Assembly (NCBI GenBank): GCA_051047955.1
Contig: JBPGPT010000009.1
Span: 62,001-126,000, forward strand
Length of the DNA: 64,000 nucleotides
Direction: 5' to 3'
From: Cystobasidiomycetes sp. EMM_F5
Taxonomy: Eukaryota
Numbering within the stretch: position 1 is the stretch's first letter; every line of letters starts with the position of its first letter. This document shows, piece by piece, positions 61,554-64,000 of the stretch. Under the pieces are notes generated by a model. That model saw only the letters and a program-made list of their open reading frames with translations. It was not told where the DNA came from and ran no database searches. The translations under genes and the position numbers were made by a program.

Positions 61554-62973
61554 CTACATCTCTTGCGATACTAGGTTGCCAAACCGGAAATGTCCCCACT
61601 GCAAGTCATTTTGCGAAATACATCAGCTTGCGGGTCTGTACGATACGGCCAGAGCACGCACCGCCTTCGCTCCATCTTTCTTTGAATATAGCACTTCACC
61701 CTCGTCATCACCCGCCGAGCTAGCCGAATGGGAATCAGGTCTGCTCAGATTGATCCATCAAGACAGTTGTGCACTTACCCAACAACAAACAGCAGTGGAA
61801 AGATCTTTTCTGGCGTAAAGTGTGCATTCCTGAAGTCGATTGCAAAGCACATTTGCTGGCTCTTGATTTCCCGATTCTCGCCGCTATAGTCGGTCATTGT
61901 CTCTCGAACTTGCTTGTCGAATGCTTCTGTTGGTCTTTCGACCTTGATGGGCACGCCAGATGGATTCTGAGCGGCTAGCTTGGCTGCTCGCTTCTTGCTG
62001 TACACCGTCATACCAGTGCCTATAAACATGAATCCCTCGTCTCTGTAAGTCAGAGTCAGTCATCCATAGTCATGTCAAGGAGATCAGGCATTCGCCTACC
62101 GCAGAGATTTTAACGCTTGTCCAACTTCGACAGCAAGGCGTGGCTCTCCGGTATCGAGCTGGGCTATCTGAATCACTGGAATGTCCAGGCTATCGCCAAA
62201 CATAGCTCGGAAAGGTAGCCATACGCCGCTGCGAATCGATCAGAATCAGAAATCTGGATGCAGTACTGATTCAAACCTTACCGGTCTAAACCCCGTTCTC
62301 GGCCAGACACCTTGATCTTGTTGGCTTTGAAAGTGTCCATTACGTGCGCAGCTAGATCCGGGCTCGCCTTGCTGGAGAAGGTGAGGTGCCTCATATGTTG
62401 GGTAGCGTCATCGACTGATTCAAAGACACGTCAGTGTCCGCAGTGTGTCACAGTGCTGCCGAACTTGATCTACTGACATATTAACGGGTTGTCATTCCCG
62501 ATATTCACGTAGACTCGATTCTCTTCCCCGTCCCAGTAGGGCGACATGACAAGTATAGCCTTGGGTTTTGCTTCCCGTATTTGCTGTCCTACGCTCTGAA
62601 GGCTTTGATACAAACCGCTGTGTGGATTGTCGAGTTGTTCGGGTTCTTCCGAGGAGATAAAGTACGAAGGGACGCGATAGGCGTTTGCAGCAGCCGCTTT
62701 TGCAGCTCGAGCTTTTTCCAACTTGCGTTGTTCATCTGGACGTAATTTATCGTTTGTAGCTGGAACTGCGACCGGATGATGCTTTTGATGGGACTGTTCC
62801 TTCGGAATGAATGGCGCAGAGGTGGAGAGGAAGAATGTGCGATGCCAAAACTCGCGCAGCCTCAGCGAAGCCTCCGAAGCATTCAGCGAAGATATGCCCG
62901 TCAATTCTGGGTTCAGATAGGCATAGAAGCACGCTCCGATAGCTACGCCCAGCGTGAGCAAGCGGAGGCTCAT
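61554..62973 (-). CDS. LigB/4,5-DOPA extradiol dioxygenase-fold protein with N-terminal membrane anchor; expected His residues absent
   Basis: VPSYFISSEEP, KPKAILVMSPYW, RGLDRGVWLPF, IPVIQI, GQALKSLRDEGFMFIGTG, AHFTPEKIFPL, WGHFRFG follow the order of LigB-family blocks. Confidence 0.8.
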
Positions 62974-63266
62974 GAGTGATGGCCAGCAGTAGCAGCGTAA
63001 GTTGGCAATTGATCAAAGATAATGAAGAGCCAGGCCGGCTTTATCGTAAATGGCTTCGATACGTCGATCAGTATCTTTACACGCGCTGATGATGCTCGCT
63101 CGCTGCTGTCACATAAAACGGCAACTGGTTCTTTGATTGTTGATGCTGGACACTGCGGTGACACGGGCTGCCGTGTACAACGTATGCTCGCCGAATAGCT
63201 GGCGCTGATGCAGGTGCTCTTGGACGCGCTGCTGGCTAGTAAACAGAAAACACGAGGATAACAAAC

Positions 63267-64000
63267 ATGGATATCGATTACGACTCCGACGTGGAAATGG
63301 TCCAGGCTGGCCCATCAAAGCTTTCTTCTATGCCATACAATGCTGCTTCTGCTGGCGGGATCGCGTCAGCATGGCCTCCTGTCCCAATGTCCGAAGTCAT
63401 CGAGATTGACGACGACGACGATGACGATGAAGACACACCTCCACCTCCTTTCCAATCTGCATACACGCGCGTAGGATTCGCGTCTGCGAATGATCACGGT
63501 CAGCCCAACAGCAGGCGGTTGACCGGCAGAGCCAACACGGAACCAAGTCTCCATTTTGCAAGCCATACAGGCGACTCCGACGATGGAGACGACCTACCCG
63601 ACATCCGAGACGTAGCTACACGCGGTCTCAACAGGTCGGCAAGTGATACTGTGACGACATTCTCACGGACAACATACCCACCCGACAAGGGCAAGCAGCG
63701 TGCTCTATCTACCATACTGCCCTCCTCGCCTCCACGGTCAAGGGTCAGCAGTAGCGGGCGTAAACCGAGCAGCAAGAATTTGAACTACGAAAATCTAAGC
63801 GATTCCAGCAGGGCCGAAGCCGAAGCGCCTGCTAAGAAGAAGCAAAAGGCAGTCGCGAAAGGCAGCAATAGCAACCACATCGCGTCTACGTCTTACGATT
63901 TGCCTGCTCCATCCCTTACAGCTAAAGAGAGGAAAGAGCTGGAGAAGGCGGAGAAGGCAGCCGCAAAGGACAAAGCGAAAGCTGAGAAGGCGGTAAGTGG
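63267..64000 (+). CDS. 5' part of an uncharacterised protein (acidic/disordered N-terminus, K/E/A coiled coil); possibly Eme1/Mms4-like
   Basis: Open frame MDIDYDSDVEM...MSEVIEIDDDDDDDED...EKAEKAAAKDKAKAEKA up to a GTAAGT donor at ~63993. Family assignment cannot be confirmed from this fragment. Confidence 0.55.
   Translation, partial: MDIDYDSDVEMVQAGPSKLSSMPYNAASAGGIASAWPPVPMSEVIEIDDDDDDDEDTPPPPFQSAYTRVGFASANDHGQPNSRRLTGRANTEPSLHFASHTGDSDDGDDLPDIRDVATRGLNRSASDTVTTFSRTTYPPDKGKQRALSTILPSSPPRSRVSSSGRKPSSKNLNYENLSDSSRAEAEAPAKKKQKAVAKGSNSNHIASTSYDLPAPSLTAKERKELEKAEKAAAKDKAKAEKAVS

Noticed and set aside
62461..62471. GAACTTGATCT resembling the fungal TPP riboswitch core
   Set aside because: It is antisense to the host intron, lacks the upstream CTGAGA element and downstream ATAAT..CAGCG(A)AAG, and the gene is unrelated to thiamine.

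Overview
Compact, intron-rich fungal genomic DNA with short GT-AG introns and CTRAY-type branch sites. Gene content suggests a basidiomycete, possibly Pucciniomycotina (inference). About 25 tightly packed protein genes are present. Most are conserved housekeeping loci: VPS24, a Sos7/Kre28-like kinetochore protein, KEL3, L-arabinitol/sorbitol dehydrogenase, AFI1/MesA, separase, a RING-H2 ligase, CCR4, a Shg1/BOD1-like protein, a GH5 mannanase, inositol monophosphatase, cystathionine gamma-synthase, SSZ1, LAMMER kinase, a LIM protein and two tandem Ost-alpha/TMEM184 transporters. No rRNA, tRNA, CRISPR array or intact transposon was seen. The most notable items are: (1) an accessory island at ~8.7-11.9 kb with three intronless paralogues of an unrecognised family carrying an F-box-like N-terminus (one full-length, one C-truncated, one pseudogene); (2) a nested, two-conformation TTAA-bounded inverted repeat at 7543-7610; (3) a membrane-anchored LigB/DODA-fold protein with its expected histidines replaced; (4) an ICMT/PEMT-like gene with a broken splice donor offset by a frameshift; (5) a membrane protein with a PPxY and four PSAP motifs. 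Gene models were spliced by eye, so boundaries are approximate.
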